Part shown: positions 26,946 through 40,181 of the stretch, piece after piece
Numbering within the stretch: position 1 is the first letter of the stretch
Layout: the number at the start of each line of letters is the position of its first letter
DNA from: Eledone cirrhosa
Taxonomy: Eukaryota
DNA: 64,000 nucleotides
NCBI GenBank assembly: GCA_964016885.1
Contig: OZ024740.1
Coordinates: 49,662,001 to 49,726,000 of the forward strand
Reading direction: 5' to 3'
Made by a program: the position numbers and the translations under genes
The notes under the pieces: model-generated
Databases searched by the model: none
What the model was told of the DNA's origin: nothing
The model's input: the letters and a program-made list of their open reading frames with translations, nothing else

Positions 26946-28371
26946 CAATGTCGGACTTGAACCAAACACCACCTCTAGCATCAAACACCAGGGGCACACC
27001 TTATACCACATCCCCAACACTCATTGATCTAATATAACACAAATCGCGACATCCCTCTAGAACCCTTCACAAGGGGAATACCCCTTTGTACTTCTACTTT
27101 AGGTGTGACAACATCCACTTGCTTGAATTGCACTACACCACTTTATAGTTAATTTAAGCATTGAATTGATTGTATTGTTGGTGCTATGCGGAAGTGCCAT
27201 CGTTGGACAAATGAAAAACTAATTAATCTAGTAACGCTGATGAGCTGTACGACCGGTATGCTGAGTGCAGTGAATGAATGTATTGCAGGTGGCGTATGGG
27301 TTGTACATATATGTATGATTTGATGGTCAGATTGGAGTCATGAGGAGTGTGGATTGACCTCTGGTCGGCCCTGGTGATGATTATCTTTCGACATCCAATG
27401 TAGCAAGCACTGACCCGGAACTTACCAGGGATCATTGTGTGTTGAAGTGATTCTGCAATCACCTTGCCTGGTTTTTGAGTAGACTGCAATCACAGAGATC
27501 ATTAATTTAGAATTCTCGCTCGTCGTGTATAATATTCATTTGTGGCACTCTACGATAGGGATTAAGCACCATAATAAGAACACCTTCAGCACAACTTAAT
27601 AGACTACTCTATAGTTAAAACACTTTAAATTTTTAGAAATTTTGTAGAAACAACGCATAACCATATAAGTTAGGGTCTATTTTAAGACACAATTTAATAG
27701 TTAGTAATAGAAACCACTGAGTTACCTCCCCTCATGCATTAACTCCCCTTAGCCACACACACACTTCCGGGTAGTATTTCGATGTCGATTCTCGCAACGT
27801 AACACCCTCCTGTTTTGAGCTAAAGAACATCAGACTACGATTCTCTAACTGGATTGTCAAACGCCCAATATCGAACCGTCGTGGATTATGTGAGGGGCAT
27901 ATAATCTGAAAAATACGCTCCCCAGACTATGAAAATGTCGCAGTGCATGAAATTCATATCGCTTCCAATATTTTTAATGCTTACACTATTTTTAATACTT
28001 ATATTATTTCTCCACACACAGGCTATAACAATCATATAAAGAATTCATCACCAGATCAACCACCTTAACACTCTCGATTACCTGCTTAAGTGCTTCTATT
28101 ACACGTAACTCTCTGCCACACTATATAAACAAGACGCACGTGCTTGCCACACATATAACCTTTGCACTCTATAACCGCTTAATTTCATGTTGTATTTTAA
28201 CCTGTATTTTTGATTGTATTTTTGATTGTATCTTTTAATATGAATGGAATCTCTAAATGTGTACTGCCACACTAAATGCTATAATGAATGTTGACCCACA
28301 ATATTTGCATATGTATCTGTATGTCTCTTGGGTGAAAAGGAGGTCATATAAGTGTTCATTCAATAATAAAT

Positions 28372-28418
28372 TGCTCCGAAGAATCCAAACCTCGGTTTGG
28401 AGGAAACAGTTGTAAGCA
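28372..28418 (+). ncRNA. Hammerhead-like motif with U4>C core (mirror copy 25370-25416 minus)
   Basis: TGCT-CCGAAGA-A-TCCAAAC-CTCG-GTTTGGA-G-GAAA-CAGTTG-TA-AGCA, ~40 nt before the (TA)n junction. Confidence 0.7.
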
Positions 28419-28476
28419 TAAAAATGTTTTGAACAGTTCTTTGATTCTTATAATTCATATATATATATATATATAT

Positions 28477-28569
<93 letters not shown>

Positions 28570-28571
<2 letters not shown>

Positions 28572-28965
28572 GTTAGAAGTTAAACGAGAGAAGAAAAGTA
28601 TCCCTTCATCAGCTGTTTACTACAGATCATAGATGTTTCGGCGCTTAAAACAGAACATCGATCTGTAGCGCGCCCATGGCCTTTTATCCATCAAAAGGCC
28701 ACGAGGGAAAGAAGTGATAGTGAAGAGAGAGGAAGAAGAAAATAAAAGGAAGAGAGGAAAAAACGAAGTAAACATACTGATAGAAGTTGAGACACAGGAC
28801 AATGGCACATGTAGGCAAGTAACCGAAGAGAAAGTGTAATAAGTTATGGTACGCCGATAGGTATAAGCCCGTTGGCGGTGGCCGAAATATCTATGATCTG
28901 TAGTAAACATCTGATGAAGGGATACTTTTCTTCTCTTGTTTACGTCCCGTTTACCTTCTAACCCT
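28570..28965. repeat. Fold-back element (arms ~28570-28642 / ~28880-28963) between (TA)n tracts
   Basis: GAAGAAAAGTATCCCTTCATCAG..TACAGATCATAGAT.TTTCGGC is the reverse complement of GCCGAAA.ATCTATGATCTGTA..CTGATGAAGGGATACTTTTCTTC. Confidence 0.85.
28601..28708 (-). ncRNA. Putative non-circularly permuted (pseudoknotted) hammerhead ribozyme
   Basis: Minus strand: TCCCT-[CGTGGCCTTTT-GATGGAT-AAAAGGCCATG]-GGCGC-G-CTACAGATC-GATG-T-T-CTGTTT-TAA-GCGCC-GAAA-CATC-TAT-GATCTGTAG-T-AAACAG-CTGATGA-AGGGA; six fully paired helices and an intact core. Confidence 0.75.
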
Positions 28966-29029
28966 TCGTTTTCAGTAACCACACAGCCTAACTCTTCACC
29001 TGTAATTTTATATATATATATATATATTT

Positions 29030-30260
29030 ATACCGACACACCCACATCCTACTAACATCTCCACTAATAATCCCCCCACCACCCACCCACCACCCTCTCC
29101 TTCAACTTTTCACACCGACCTTACCTCCTCTCATATCCACCACACTTTCAGCACACACATACACCCAACTCCACACACACATACTTACACACATGCCACT
29201 TTCATCCACACACACCTACACAGCTACTTCATCTCACTACTGACAGCAATACTACTGCCTCACCTGTCTGCTCTGCCGGCCCCCACCCCTCCCCTCCCAT
29301 CACACATTGCCCAACTATCTCCATCCTCGCCACCCTCCCCCACACCTTGACTTGACCATCTTGACCACTTCCTGTTGCACGCGCCCCATAACATTCCACT
29401 TCACCCTCACCATTCCCTCACCATTACTGCAAGGACCTACACCCTCGGACATCGATGCGATTTTAAATTGGAACCGTGCCATCACTTATACACACACACA
29501 CACACATACACACCATAATTCAGAAACTTAGACACACACAAACACTCACACCATTTTCTCACACACACAACCATACATTTCAGACGAACCCACATCATCC
29601 TGACTTCACCACAAAAACACACACACGTGTACATCCTCACATACACCCACACTGTCTCCGGATCCCACACGATCTCCCTCACCCATCTGACCACTTTCCA
29701 TCCACACACACACACACACACACACGCCTACACCCATACAGGCACTATACACACGCACACACACACCTACACCCATACAGGGACTGTACACACACACACA
29801 TACTCCACTCCAAAACCCACAAGCACGTACACCCGCTCTCCCCAGACTCTCACTTACATCCACGCATACACACAAACACGCATATCTACACACACACACC
29901 TCACCTTCCGCCATCCCCGCTCGGACTCCATCCCCCCATCCACCCCTCACGCACCACCACACCCGTGCCCTCTTCGATCCCTACACCCCTCTCACTTTTT
30001 ATCATTTTTATTTTAACGTTTATTTTCCATTTCGTGTTTTATTTTTATCTCATTTTCTCGCATCCCCCACTCCTTCATGGAGTCCCCCCCACTTCTTCAT
30101 GGAGCCCCCCCCCCCCCACACACACACACACTCTCCTGATGAAGGGCTTATGCCCGAAACATCGCGACCACGCCTTCCCCACTCTCACTAAGCCTGAAAC
30201 TAATACTATTTGTAACATGTACTCCTGCGTTGTCTGCTTTTTGTATTCCGAACTATACAT
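29030..30260 (+). mobile_element. C/A-rich low-complexity element ending in a partial HHR core (30136-30160)
   Basis: CTGATGA-A-GGGC-TTAT-GCCC-GAAAC near the 3' end; flanked by TA/CA microsatellites; related to 22895-24120. Confidence 0.6.
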
Positions 30261-31010
30261 ATACACATACACACACATATATACACAAAACTAAAGCTGT
30301 CACATTCAATCGAGTATAACCTGGTAGTATATATTATGTTTCCGCTAAACGTATTTGGTTCACTTGCAGTAGAAATAGGATATAATGTGGCAACGGCAAA
30401 TGAATGCTACAAGAATCAGTCAGTCGAACTCCCACTATCATCGCATCCATCTCTCTGACCCTCCCCATCTCTCCGTATGGAGAGCAACAGCAGATACCGG
30501 CATCTCGACACACTCCCATTGATCCAGCAAAACATTCAGGATGTGATAGCTGGAAGGAGAGTATAGACCCTGAGCGTTACTTTCTCCATTCGCTAAACAC
30601 TCTTCTCTCTTTTTATGTTTATCACATCGCTCAGTGTATCTCCTCTTCTTTCAGCAACGGTTTTTCGAAGGGTATAACATATGTATGTAAGTACAGAGCG
30701 TAACTAAAATGTGATTGTTTTATATTTTGTATCTCGGCTCTGTAATACACTTGATAATTTACATTGAGCCTTTTCTCTTACTGGTAATTGGCTAGTGCTT
30801 AGTTCTACCCTTTATATTTATAATTATATATTACTCATATTTAAGTATAAATATTATTATTACAATAGATTATAGTAATTTATGAAAAGAAGTTCTTACT
30901 TTCCTACACATCAATTGGTAACTAATATTCCTCCCTACAGAGAATCATAGCAGTAGTTATCCTATGATGAGGACACAAACTGTCTGAGGCGTATAAGGAG
31001 AATTTTGTCT

Positions 31011-31115
<105 letters not shown>

Positions 31116-32030
31116 AGGAATAGTGCAAGTGTTTAAATTTAACCCATTACATGTAGTTGAACGTATATATTTGTTAAAATCTGATATTCACCCCATCCCT
31201 TCTTAGGGTATGTCATTTGTATGCATGATTTACATCCTATAAATGAACTCCTCATACAAGCGGTAATACCACAGTAGCGACAGAGTGCCAAAAATAGGAA
31301 AAGGCTGTGTTAATCTTGCATTAATTTAACTACTTTCTCGCATTCTCGTCCTGAGTTTAATTTTGCTTTTCTTCTTATCCGTATAGGTTGATTGAGCATA
31401 CATGCTCTATAAATTTATGGACATACTCCAATTTTGGAGATCAATAGAATTATGGTGAACTAATACTTCTCATTTATGTGTACTATTAACATATATACTG
31501 TTTACACAGTGTACTTTTAACAACAAGAGCAGTAATAATAATTTCTTTATTAGTCACAACTATCCACATATACGATGCAAAATGTGTCCTACAAATGAGG
31601 TTATAAAATGCGTGAAGACAGATATCTATATAATAAACGGGGGAAGAACAAAAAATGTAGGCTAAAATTTGTCACACAAAACATATATGAATAAAGACAA
31701 CCAACCCGCCTATATAGGATTGAAGAGCCCCCACCTTGGTAGAATTAGGCACACATTTCCATATTCCTTACCCAGTTGCTGGATCAGACATCCGGAAAAA
31801 CATTCTTATGTCACCTTCCGCCGCCTTACACTTTCATGGATACTTTTGTTTGACAAGCTTTTGTGACATACCTCGTCCATTCGTTCTTTTTCTTGAGTCA
31901 CACCTTTTGACTCACAACGTTCGAAATAGATGAAGTGTTGTTGTTAGTAGGGTTTACAGTGATGTTTGTATTACTTTACCATTTAAATTAATGTATCCAT
32001 CACTATTTCTTGTTCTGTCTTTTATAATAA

Positions 32031-32852
32031 TCTAAACTATAATGAAATAAGGAGTGCGGGACTGCGTACGGTTTATATCTTTTAATCCAGTTAGTAAAAT
32101 AAGTTGGATTACTTTGAATAAATAATGAATATTACATAATTTATCTACTAAATTTCGTAGATGTTGATTAAATATATTTTATTGCTTATTTAAAGATTCA
32201 CTTCTTTAAAATTTTCAAATGTCAACACTTCCGGTTAGCGATCGCTTAAATAAACATTTATATATTTCCGTCACTAATTTTATCCTAATGCAGTTTATAT
32301 ATGATATCGCCTTTTTTTAATGTATCATGGATTACGTTACTGATTACATAAGACAGTGTAACGCAGTCTTCGTTCAATTTCTGTGTATATTGTCAATTAC
32401 GATTTTATTCGATGTCTCATATCTACATGCATATATACTTTTATTTTATTAAATAACGTTACAAATAGGAGTGAAAATATGAACACATATGATATATACA
32501 AAGCATATAAATAAATTTACAGTAGAATAACATATGAAATGTGTTTTAACTATATACATAAATAACATTACAAATGCTTAGATAACATTATAAATTGCTC
32601 GCGATTCTTTCAGAAGGATATATTCCTTTAATGTTGCAATATTAAAGAAAATGTAAAGGAAAAGGTGGACAACCGAGCCAACACCAAAGCAAAAGACAGC
32701 AGAGTCGCGAGGAGTACAGGGAAACCTCTCTAGTGATTTTTGAGGCAAGCCAGCACACTCGCAGTGTTGCCTCGAGTGATGGCGAGGCTAATATCAATAT
32801 GAACACTACACATGCTAGCAGAAAACCACCCGAACGGTGGTTTTTCTGCTAG
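32031..32852 (+). mobile_element. Non-autonomous Helitron
   Basis: A|TCTAAACTATAAT 5' end; 3' hairpin AAAACCACC-CGAAC-GGTGGTTTT then CTAG|T; inserted between A and T without TSD; second copy at 39702-40181. Confidence 0.85.
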
Positions 32853-33099
32853 TAATAATAATGCCGGACGTGATGAGTATAGTACCGACTCTAAACTATA
32901 AAAGAGATCTCAAAATATTTAATTTATGTATTTTATTAGGCAAATATTTTATCGGGACTAGTGTAATCATGTCCAGACTCTTCTTTATAATTGTGAATGT
33001 GAATTTGTTCGGGTTACAAAACGGAAAACATTCAAAACTGCAAAGATTGTTTTGGTTCAGTTGATATTTAACACACTGGGAAGAAGCATTTAATAATAA

Positions 33100-33739
33100 T
33101 GGTTTCTGATTTAGGCACAAAGCCAATAATTTTTTAGAGGAGGGGAATGTTGATTAAATCGATCCCAGTGTGTTCTATCGACCCCGTAAGGATGAAAGGC
33201 GGGATTTGAACTCAGAACGTAGAGCGCTGTAACTGTATAACCACAAAACATATTGTCTGACGCTCTACCGGTACTGCCAATCCACCACCCTTAAGCATTT
33301 AATAATAATTGTTTCTACTTTTGGCACAAGTCCAGCAATTATCCCAGTGTATTACTGGTACTTTATTTTATCGACCCCGAAAGGATGAAAGGCAAAGTTA
33401 ACCTCGATGGGATTTGAACTCAGATCGTAAAGGGGCGTAACTCTATGCTTCAAAGCATGGCGTCCGACCCTCTACCGATACTGACAATCCAATAATAATA
33501 ATACAACGGTAAGATTTTTCTTGTCATTTGTCTTTAATTTCCTTAAGGTAATCTTACAATATTGATAGCGAAACGTAGCTAATTGAAAAAAAAAAAAGAA
33601 ATTAAGGGACGTAGAATAGTGTGAAGACATAGAAAATTGTCTTCACGAGAATTTTTTAAATATTTTTGTGAATCCGAAAAATTCATTGAAATAATGATGA
33701 TGATGATGATGAGGATGGGGATGATGATGATGATGTTCG

Positions 33740-33809
<70 letters not shown>

Positions 33810-36300
33810 GATGATGATGATGGGGATGAAGAAGATGATTTAACTGTGAATATTAAATCAATTTTGTTGGTTTCTCAAAAGACCATTTTTTAAAATTTGA
33901 ATAACGTAAGATTTTCTCAAAAAAATGTAAACTTTAACAGAAAAATTCCCTTTTACTATGATGAAAAAAAAATGTGCATGTTTTTTTCTTTCTTGTATTT
34001 ATAGGTTGCACCAACTTCCATCGTAATTTGCCAAGCAATGTCAGAAAAGGAATCTTAACGATATTGATTTAAAAAAGATTTTTGAAAGATATAATACTTT
34101 CTTTTTTTTTTTTAAAGAAACATTTTAGGATGAATGAGAATTAATCGACATCCCCACCAACTCTATCATCCCAGCTGCCTCCACCTCCTCCTCTTCACCA
34201 TCTCATTCATCCTCATTATTATCGTCATCATCGTTCTATTCATTGACTAGGGGATGTAGTGGTTATTATGAGTGACATCAATATTTTTAAAATAGGCCAT
34301 TCAGTTTATGAAATTAATATTTATAACAGTATTAGAAATAACACAATTAGTAATAAACCAATTGACAATAACGTATTAATTATAGCAGTATTAGTTAGAG
34401 CAGTATTTTAACATTATTATATTATATATAACGGCACAGCATATTAATAATAGAAAATATTAGTGAAAATAGTATAAATAATAACTTTATTAGTAAAGAC
34501 ATTATTTATAACGAAATTTTAAAAGCAGTGTTATTAGATAAAAAACAGTATTATTAATATCATTTATTTGTTTCAGTACAGTGGATGGTAAGAATCGTTA
34601 GAGCGTCTGGCAAAATACTGTACCATATTTAATTGCAACTTTCTGAGATCAAATCCTGTCGACCTCAACTTTGCCTTTCATCCTTTTAGTATCAGCTAGG
34701 TGCTGGGATCGATAAAATCGGCTTTTTCCGTTCCCCAAATCGATGGCTTTAATATTCAATTATAGTTAGATGTCTTCTCTTTAAAATTTGATAATGGTTT
34801 CTGATTTAGGCACAAGGCCAGCAATTTTGTGGAAGGAGAAAATCGATTAAATCGACACCAGTGCGTAACTGGTGCTTTATTTTATCGACCCCGTAAGGAT
34901 GAAAGACAAAGCTAACCTTGGCAGGATTCGAACTCAGAACATAAAGGGCCGTAACTCTATATCATGGAGCATGGTGCCCGACGCTCTACCGATACTGCCA
35001 ATCGACCTTACTTCAAAATGTAATAATGATTTCTAGTATAGGCACAAGACCAGTAATTTAGGGGAGGGCAAAGTCGATTAAATCGACCCCATTACGTTAC
35101 TGGTACTTTATTTTATCGACCCCGTAAGGATGAAAGGCAAAGCCAGCCTTGGCATGATTTGAACTCGGAGCGTAAAGGACCGTAACTCTATGCCACGAAG
35201 CATGGGGTTCGACTCTCTACCGATACTGCCAATCCACTTTACTTCAAAATTTAATAATAATGACAATATTATCATGTTTTTGTTTTGTTTTTTAATACGA
35301 GCACCGAGCCATAAATTTTGTGGGAAGTGTATAGTCGATTTAAGCTGCTGCCGCTTATTCTTTAAGAATAAAGGTCATGTCGATACCAACGGAATTTTAA
35401 CGGAAAAGACGCAGTTACCTACCGCAATTGATTTGCTTGTCACTGTACCGACTCTGTCAATTCAATAGTTTTCATAATAATTGTTTCTACTTTTGGCACA
35501 AGGCCAGCAATTATCCCAGTGTATTACTGGTACTTTTATCGACTCAGTAAGGATGAAAGGCAAAGTTAACCTCGGATCATAAAGGGCCGTAACTCTTTGC
35601 TGCAAAGCATGGCGTCCGACCCTCTACCGATACTGCCAATCCACCGTTTTCATAATAATGATCTCTAACACTCACATAAAGCCATATATTTCGAAAGAAG
35701 AAAAAGCAAAGTCTCATAATATATCGTTCCCAGTATTTAACGGAAGAATAAAAGGTATACATCTTCAGTGAGATTCGAACTCGTGAAGTAAAGGGATGTA
35801 ACTAAATACCATATTCCATACTACCAATCCATTATCATTTTGATTTTTAACAAAGCTACAAAGATACGAATTCTGAGGGGGTGGGTAACCGCTTTCAGAT
35901 CGATGTTAGCATTTGATTTGTAGTTTATTTTACCGACCTCTGTAGGATGGTATATAAAAGATGGTATATAAATTCGAACCCGATGAGATTTGATCACAGA
36001 GCACAAAGTGGTGTAACTAAATATCAAAATACATTTTTCTTCCGATACTCGATACACAACACTTTATACGAAAAGAATTATTGTTTTAACATTGGCACAA
36101 AAATCATACATTTTGGAGGGCATAGTATCGTGAATACTAAATTACAGTATTTGACTTAAATAAAAGTTAGTGACACTAAAATGTTCCTAGTACGTGACTG
36201 GAATTTTATTTTTACTTACCAAATCCAAAAATATTAAAGGCTAAGTGAAATGCAGTGGGCTTTTATCACAGAACGGGAAAGTACTTAACTAAATACTTCA
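33100..36300 (-). mobile_element. Cluster of SINE copies, mostly minus strand, of graded divergence
   Basis: Units at ~33100-33290, 33300-33490, 34790-35005, 35025-35240, 35475-35645, plus older copies to ~36300; (ATG)n at ~33693-33840. Confidence 0.85.
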
Positions 36301-37291
36301 AGGTATTTTGTCCAACGCTCTAATAATTATTATAGTAGCATCATTATACTACTACTACTACTACTACTACTACTGCTGCTGCCGCTGCTACTACTACTAC
36401 TACTACTGCTGCTTCTGCTGCTGCTGCTGCTGCTCTTGTTGTTAATCGCATGTCAAGGAAAAGAGCAGGAGTTGAGGAGGAATAGAAGACCTAAGTAGGA
36501 ATGAAATATTTCAAGCATAAATAACAGCTACATAAATAAAAACCAATAACTGCTATTTCAACACCAGATGTTAGTTGAATGTACGTAGAAAGTGCTGTCT
36601 AGTAAGTCGCTGTGATCTCAGTTATATAGAACCAAACATCATATCTCTGTTATATCAATGCCTGATTGTTCATAATATCAAACGACTATAAAATCTGTAA
36701 AAACATGTAAATTGAAATAATCGCTGAACTGAGAAACGAAAGCGTCATGAAATTGGATTTGGTAATTAGAAAAACAAATTGGTGGTGGTGATGGTGGTGG
36801 TGATGGTGGTGGTGATGGTGGTGGTGGTGGTGGTGGATTCGGAAGATTTAAACTAAGAACGTAAGGTGACGTAACTGAATATTGCAAATTATTTTTTCTA
36901 TGTTATATTCAATCCCACCGTCCAAATGACAACCGTTTCCTAGAGAGATACAAGACTAGATATTTCGGTGGAATGAAGTAGTCGATTATATACACTCCAG
37001 TCCTTGAGTATTTCTTATTTTATCGATCCTAGAATTATGAAAATCAAAATTGATCTTGATGGGATTTTAACACAAAGAGTCGTTACACAATATCATAAGA
37101 CATTTTGTTTGATGTTCTAACAATTCTGCCAACACCCTAAAAATAATGATTTCTTACGTAAACACAACGCCACACATTTCAGATGAGAAGAAGGTGGGAC
37201 GTATTTGATATCTGATTCAAATCAAGCCCTGTACTTTAACCCCCAAAACATGAGCAACAGTAGTAGTAGTAGTAGTAGCAGCAGCAGCATC

Positions 37292-37346
<55 letters not shown>

Positions 37347-37423
37347 ATATATACATGTATATATACGTGTATATGTGTACGTATGTGTGTATACATAATC
37401 TCTCTCTCTCTCTCTCTCTCTCT

Positions 37424-37478
<55 letters not shown>

Positions 37479-37508
37479 TGTAATAAACAACATAAGGGAA
37501 TTATTTCA

Positions 37509-37553
<45 letters not shown>

Positions 37554-37674
37554 TCTGTGTAGACCGTTCAGGTTGGTGAGCTTTGTGAGATGTGTATGAA
37601 AGAATATTTTTATAAGTATTTGCTTGCTGCTAATAAGAGGAAATCATTAATTAATATATACATACATACATACA

Positions 37675-37742
<68 letters not shown>

Positions 37743-38794
37743 GACTGTGGCATTTGGATAACCTTATGAGATCCCAACTACAAACATAGAAATTTGCACC
37801 GAGGCTACATAAAAATACAAATATCATGGCTATTAAGAAGAGCTTAACTTATTTCGGCTGACTTCAAATTTCGTCTCCTGTCTAAGTAAACAATATAGTT
37901 CCGGCACACAGCTAATTGATCATATATTTTTCATATTAGAATTGCTTCCTGTGTGGCGAGCACCATAGAGCAATCAGTATGCGCTTAACTTAGTTTGATG
38001 ATACCACAGCACGATTTCAGTTCCAGTTTGTGGAGCCAATTGGCTTTAAACCATCTAGTGCTGCCAAGAAAATCATCAACATTTGAACATTACGAGGCTC
38101 TTCCTTTGAAATAGGTTTCGAAAATGAATAGTTAGGACTGAGATTTAATTCTTTGTATACAATCCAGCCAGTAAGATTATGTGTAGTCATACGATCAGCT
38201 AAAATATAGCAGCCATATCTCCCTCAAAATACACCCTATGATCTTTGAAAGGGACTCATTATATAATGCTGTCTGGAGTACACAAAGCATTCTATCTGAT
38301 GTTCTAGCGACTCTGCCAATTCGCCGCATCCCAATTATGAATACGGTATTTAAATAAATAATGTTGACCATAGTAATGTCAACTTAAATGTTTACCTTGT
38401 ATTAATTGCTTAGTTTAAAAGTGCAATGCCTAGCAGAATTAGAAGAACGTCGGTTAAAAAATCTATCGTTTTTTACGGGTTTAGTTAAAGTCCAGTTAAG
38501 CTCAATTTTGCCTTCTATGATTCAGGGATCGATAAAATAAATGCCATTCAAATACTGAGGTCGATTTAATTGTCATTTTTCTCCCTCATCTGGAATGTTC
38601 ATGTTGTTATTGTTTAGATCCAGTTCACCCCAGATTGAACAGCCCTATGATTACATTATAATACAGCCATTTTTTAAATGGTACGGCGAGAGTTGAAGTA
38701 GATGAGGCTGCTGTGTTTAGCAGAATGAGCGACCACATAGGAGGTCCCATGCTGGCTCGTTCAATATTATGTATACTAATCTACTCGCATTAAA

Positions 38795-39700
38795 AGGCGG
38801 TGGATTGGCAGTATCGGTAGAGGGTCGGACGCCATGCTTTGACGCATAGAGTTACGGCCCTTGCCATTCTGAGTTCAAATCCTGCCGGGTTAACTTTGCC
38901 TTTCATCCTTACGGGCTCGATAAAATAAAGTACCAGTAATACACTGAGTAATTGCTGGCCTTGTGCCTAACGTAGAAACAATTATTATGGCCCCGGTGAA
39001 TTGGCAGTATCGGTAGTTACGGCCCTTGCCATTCTGAGTTCAAATCCCGCCGAGGTTAACTTTGCCTTTCATCCTTACGAGGTCGATAAAATAAATTACC
39101 AGTAATACACTGGGTAATTGCTGGCCTTGTGCCAAAAGTAGAAATAATTATTACGGCACTGGTGGGTTGGCAGTATCGGTAGAGGGTTGGACGCCATGCT
39201 TTGCAGCATAGAGTTACGCCCCTTTATGATCTGAGTTCAAATCCTGCTGAGGTTAACTTTACCTTTCATCCTTACAGGGTCGATAAAATAAAGTACCAGT
39301 AATACATTGGGATAATTGCTGATCTTGTGCCAAAAGTAGAAACAATTATTAAAAATTATCTAATTTTTCAAATTCCGCCTGGGTTAACTTTACCTTTCAT
39401 CCTTACAGGGTCGATAAAATAAAGTACCAGTAATGCACTGGGATAATTTCTGGCCTTGTGCCAAAAGTAGAAACAATTATTAAAAATAATGTAAAAAAAT
39501 TAGCGCGGTGGATTGGCAGTATCGGTAGAAGGTCGGACGCGATGCTTTGCAGCATAGAGTTACGCCCCTTTACGGTATGAGGTCAAATCCCGGCGAGGTT
39601 AATTTTGCTTTTCATCCTTACTGGGTTTATAAAATAAAGTACCAGTAATGCACAGGGATAATTGCTGGCTTTATGCCCAAAATAGAAATAATTATTAAAA
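38795..39700 (+). mobile_element. Head-to-tail array of five SINE copies
   Basis: Units start at ~38795, 38993, 39160, 39368 (5'-truncated) and 39505; each ends ...AGAAA(C/T)AATTATT. Confidence 0.9.
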
Positions 39701-39701
39701 A

Positions 39702-40181
39702 CTAGCAGAAAAACCACTCTCTGGGTGGTTTTCTGCTAGCATGTGTAGTGTGCATATTGATATTATACGCAAGTATATATGCATGTAGATATGTTACATC
39801 AAATAAAATCGTAATTGGCAATATACACAGAAATTGAACGAAGACTGCGTTACACTGTCTTATGAAATCAGTAACGTAATCCATGATACATTAAAAAAAG
39901 ACGATATTATATATAAACTGCATTAGGAGAAAATTAGAGACGGAAATATATGAATGTTTATTTCAGCGATCGCTAACCGGAAGTATTGACATTTGAAAAT
40001 TTTAAAGTGAATCTTTAAATAAACAATAACATATATTTAATCAACAGCTACGAAATTTAGTAGATAAATTATGTAATATTCATTCATTATTTATTCAAAG
40101 TAATCCAACTTATTTTACTAAGGGGATATACAATTATAAACCGTACGCAGTCCCGCACTCCTTACTTTATTATAGTTTAGA
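39702..40181 (-). mobile_element. Non-autonomous Helitron, internally deleted relative of 32031-32852
   Basis: Same 5' TC and 3' hairpin-CTAG termini on the minus strand, A|T target; lacks ~350 bp of the interior. Confidence 0.85.

Larger units (their letters stand above)
25327..28461 (+). mobile_element. 5'-truncated Penelope-like retroelement with inverted pLTR (arms ~25327-25953 / ~27842-28461)
   Basis: ~620-bp inverted repeats enclose an RT-thumb/GIY-YIG remnant; HHR-like motif in each arm; ends at (TA)n. Confidence 0.92.

Noticed and set aside
28850-28925. Right-arm copy as a second complete permuted hammerhead (ATAGGTAT can pair with ATATCTAT)
   Set aside because: Stem I and the closing helix cannot form; homology to the intact copy starts only at ~28880.
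30960-31000. ATGATGA-GGACA/TGTCT-GAGG hammerhead-like motif
   Set aside because: Three core mismatches and single copy.
38795-39700. Array as CRISPR-like or a tRNA gene cluster
   Set aside because: Units are ~190-bp SINEs without unique spacers or full cloverleaf structure.
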